NCBI RefSeq assembly: GCF_006345805.1
Contig: NW_021826238.1
Span: forward strand, 1-35,931
Source: Octopus sinensis
Lineage: Eukaryota
Direction of reading: 5' to 3'
Length of the DNA stretch: 35,931 bases
Positions 32,207 to 35,931 of the stretch are shown piece by piece; positions within the stretch are counted from its first letter, which is position 1; each line of letters begins with the position of its first letter. The notes beneath the pieces are model-generated. The model searched no databases and was not told where the DNA came from. It worked only from the letters and a program-made list of their open reading frames with translations. Made by a program: the position numbers and the translations under genes.

Positions 32207-32559
32207 TGAATCTTAAGAGTTAATTACTATTTTGAGGAGAAAATAATATATATTGGAACAATATGCTACTTTCTCTCGAAATAATAATGACATACACCAG
32301 CCTCCAAAGAATAGTTAGCAGAGCAGTCAGACACTGATATGTAGTCGAAAACTTAAATATTTCCACGATTTATCTCACGGAATCACCCGAAATATGAAAA
32401 TCAGTGGATACGGCATATTTGTGTTCATTGAGGCCTGTCAATATCTTGCTAATGTAAGCTATACAAAAGTATGTTAGCGATTCAATGAATTCTCTATATC
32501 TCCACATTACTGCCAGAATTAGTTTTTTTTTTTTTCCTGTTTAGCAAGACATATTGAGC

Positions 32560-32900
32560 AAAAAGGCTACTTTCTAGAATTCACAGCAGGTGGCAATATG
32601 TTTGTGCTCCTGACAAATGATATCATGTTGTAGGTATTCTTAGAATATCGCTGTGTCAAGTTTCCTTAGACTTGCCTCTCTGTGTATCGCTTTCCAGGAT
32701 CCACAACAACGCAATGTTGAAACGTCTATGCTTTGCTAAGCACAGTATGCGTCCAGCTAGACACAGGCGACACTCTATCACAATATCTGTGGAATGTCTT
32801 CATTGGTAACACGATCGCGATAAGTGACACATAATATCCTACGTAAACATCGTTGGCAAAAGCAACAACTTTCATGTTTCCTTGTGAGTCTCTGATAGTA
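32560..32900 (-). pseudogene. Decayed RTE-like LINE ORF2 C-terminal fragment
   Basis: RRILCVTYRDRVTNEDI (RRIL...NED at 32796-32843) followed by LAGRILCL and WILESDTQRGKSKET*HSDI, similar to RRILGV...DRVTNEEI...WxPEGKRxRGRPKxTW. Confidence 0.6.
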
Positions 32901-33100
32901 TTCGCCGGTGGTTTGTGTAGGTTATAGTAGTTTTAAATACGTAAATCTTAGAGTAATAATAATTTCTATTTTGTTTCATTTTTTCTCTGGTTTTTTTTTT
33001 TTTCGTTGTTGTCCATCCATATTAGAAACATTATTTGGATTATTGCTGTCGCTTTTGCTATTCGTATGATTTACACCTGTCTCTAGTAGTTTTCCGTGAA

Positions 33101-33215
33101 GATGCGCGAACTAGCGATTCGGTTGTTGCACTTCCAATTGCAAGATCACGCTTTCGATTCTATGACCTGCCAGTGCATTGAGTTCTTCAGCACAACACTT
33201 CATTTCGCTTCGGTC
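33101..33215 (+). mobile_element. Very old SINE head (D-like)
   Basis: ttcgattc B-box-like motif and gcattgagttcttcagcacaacacttcatttc resemble 3500-3565. Confidence 0.35.
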
Positions 33216-33338
33216 CAAGCCATTTAAAGGTAAGACAGACTGGCGTCCTATTCAGGTGAGTGGGTTGGTCACTTGGGTTGGTACAATGGAGCCCTGGCAA
33301 CTGGCCGTATGAGTCATAGAACTCGAGATAGTTACCGT

Positions 33339-33650
33339 GATCACCGTGACTGACCAGGCTATCAGATGTTGCTACACATCGCTGGTCAGAATGCGCTTCG
33401 CATTGTTTTAACCTTCAAATGACACCACCCCGTTGGCTAAGCGAGCTGGCCAACAGAAGAAAGAGAGAGAAAGTTGTGGCGAAAGAGTACAGCAGGGATC
33501 GCCACCAACCCCGGTCGGAGCCTCGTGGAGCTTTAAGTGTTTTCGCTCTATAAACTCTCACAACGCCTCACAACGCCCGGTTTGGGAATCGAAACCGCGA
33601 TCCTTCAACCGCAAGTCCACTGCCTTTACCACTGGGCCATTGCGCCTCCA
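33339..33650 (-). mobile_element. tRNA-headed SINE (head B + body Y)
   Basis: Colinear with 16264-16560. Confidence 0.88.
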
Positions 33651-33704
33651 CTGAAATCGAGATAGCACTTACTAATATTGCTCTACTGCCAACGCCGGTC
33701 CCTC

Positions 33705-33800
33705 GTTCAGTCCCACTGTGTTGTACGTCGGGCAAGTATCTTCTACTATTGCTTCGAGTCGGTGGATTTATTAGACGGAAACTGATAGAAGCCCGTCGCA
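33705..33800 (+). mobile_element. Old SINE-A 5' fragment
   Basis: gttcagtcccactg...gggcaagtatcttct...gacggaaactgatagaagcccgtcg. Confidence 0.7.
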
Positions 33801-33825
33801 TAAAATATGTGTCTGTGTGTATCTA

Positions 33826-33857
<32 letters not shown>

Positions 33858-34100
33858 CCTATGTATATACGCGTGTATGTGTGTATGTTTGCATGCAAAA
33901 GTGTATATGTATGTGAACTGGAAAATTATGGATATGTAGAAAGAATATAGTTATTTATTAATCATTTATCAATCATCATTAATCACGAAACCTCTCTTAG
34001 TCTTTCTCAATTTCTTGTCTTCTTGTTTACTACCGTCTCTTAAATTATCTGTGCGTACTCTCTCACTCATACTCTTTGTCTGTCCGCCTGCCCCTTTCTC

Positions 34101-34139
<39 letters not shown>

Positions 34140-34454
34140 AACTCCTAACCATAAAAACTCGAACGTTTTGTTCCGCTTTGCCTTCACTTACTTCCCTTTA
34201 CTTCCAAACCTGATCCGTTCTAACATCTTTATTTTCTCCTTTGTGCTCCACCGAGCTTCCACTTTGATCTTCCTATGTTTTCTTCTTTCCTTTCACTCTC
34301 CTCTCAACCTTTCTCCGTCTCCTCCAACATTATCAAGCCCTTCCTTTCCTTTCAAACTCTCATTAAAAGAATGTATTTCCAAATTCCCTTTCGCCATTTT
34401 GTTAATTGATACTCTAACGGTATTGAATAATATCGTGTTCTGTCAGACTACTTC

Positions 34455-35046
<592 letters not shown>

Positions 35047-35240
35047 TACTGTGTGTCTATATATCTATATATCTACTTGTTTAAATATGTGTGAGTATCT
35101 GTATGGTTCTGCTTGCTTCTCTCTTCCCCCTTCTCTTAATTATTCTCCCGTGGACCCCACCACCACAAGGCACGCACATATATATATACGTATGTATGTG
35201 TGTGTCTTGTGTCTATATATATACATATATATATATATAT

Positions 35241-35298
<58 letters not shown>

Positions 35299-35300
35299 TC

Positions 35301-35707
35301 TACTCTTTTTACTCTTTTACTTGTTTCAGTCATTTGACTGCGGCCATGCTGGAGCACCACCTTTAGTCGAACAAATCGACCCCGGGACTTATTCTTTGTA
35401 AGCCCAGTACTTATTCTATCGTTCTCTTTTGCCGAACCGCTAAGTGACAGGGACGTAAACACACCAGCATCGGTTGTCAAGCAATGCTAGGTAGACAAAC
35501 ACAAACGCACACACACACACATATATATATATATACATATATACGACAAGCTTCTTTCAGTTTCCGTCTACCAAATCCACTCACAAGGCATTGGTCGGCC
35601 CGGGGCTATAGCAGAAGACATTTGCCCAAGATGCCACGCAGTGGGACTGAACCCGGAACCATGTGGTTGGTTAGCAAGCTACTTACCACACAGCCACTCC
35701 TGCGCCT
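35301..35707 (-). mobile_element. SINE-A, full length
   Basis: Near-identical to 9097-9524. Confidence 0.95.
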
Positions 35708-35791
35708 ATACATATATATATAACTGCATACACCTAATCATACGCACTCACATATATACGTATGTGTGTGTGTATATATATATATATATGT

Positions 35792-35838
<47 letters not shown>

Positions 35839-35931
35839 CACGCATGTAAGTGTATCTTGTGTGTCCAAATAGATGGACGACTCTTACTGTTAAATCTAGA
35901 CCGCTACATCGATGACCATCGTCCCGTCTGC

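Noticed and set aside
32545-32632. Strong poly-T acceptor with a plus-strand frame RHIEQKGYFLEF...
   Set aside because: It overlaps the antisense of the RTE remnant and ends in a stop at the donor.
33225-33262. Consensus donors aag|gtaaga and cag|gtgagt
   Set aside because: They lie in or next to an old SINE, with no supporting acceptor plus open frame.

Overview
Eukaryotic, AT-rich, repeat-saturated genomic DNA, probably intronic or intergenic. The repeat families look like those of an octopus (coleoid cephalopod) genome; this is recognition from memory, not a database check. There is no intact protein-coding gene, and almost all supplied ORFs are microsatellite translations. Contents: about 19 copies or fragments of one tRNA-headed SINE (here SINE-A) and three other SINE types. 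DNA transposons include a complete but dead mariner with both TIRs, a second Tc1/mariner 3' fragment, a mariner MITE, a hAT MITE with an 8-bp TSD, three non-autonomous Helitrons and several foldback/MITE-like inverted repeats. LINE remnants are CR1/L2-like, RTE-like and HERO-like (restriction-like endonuclease). Most interesting signals: (1) minimal type I hammerhead-ribozyme motifs of the Penelope-like-element (PLE) kind, one apparently intact (15381-15426, minus strand) and an inverted pair at 30.8-31.1 kb; (2) a 3' tail shared by SINE-A and the CR1-like LINE, whose stem-loop keeps its pairing across different sequences; (3) head/body shuffling between SINE families; (4) one candidate 32-nt micro-exon (15529-15560); (5) several near-perfect palindromes. 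None is proven novel, and I found no evidence of a wholly new multi-gene system.
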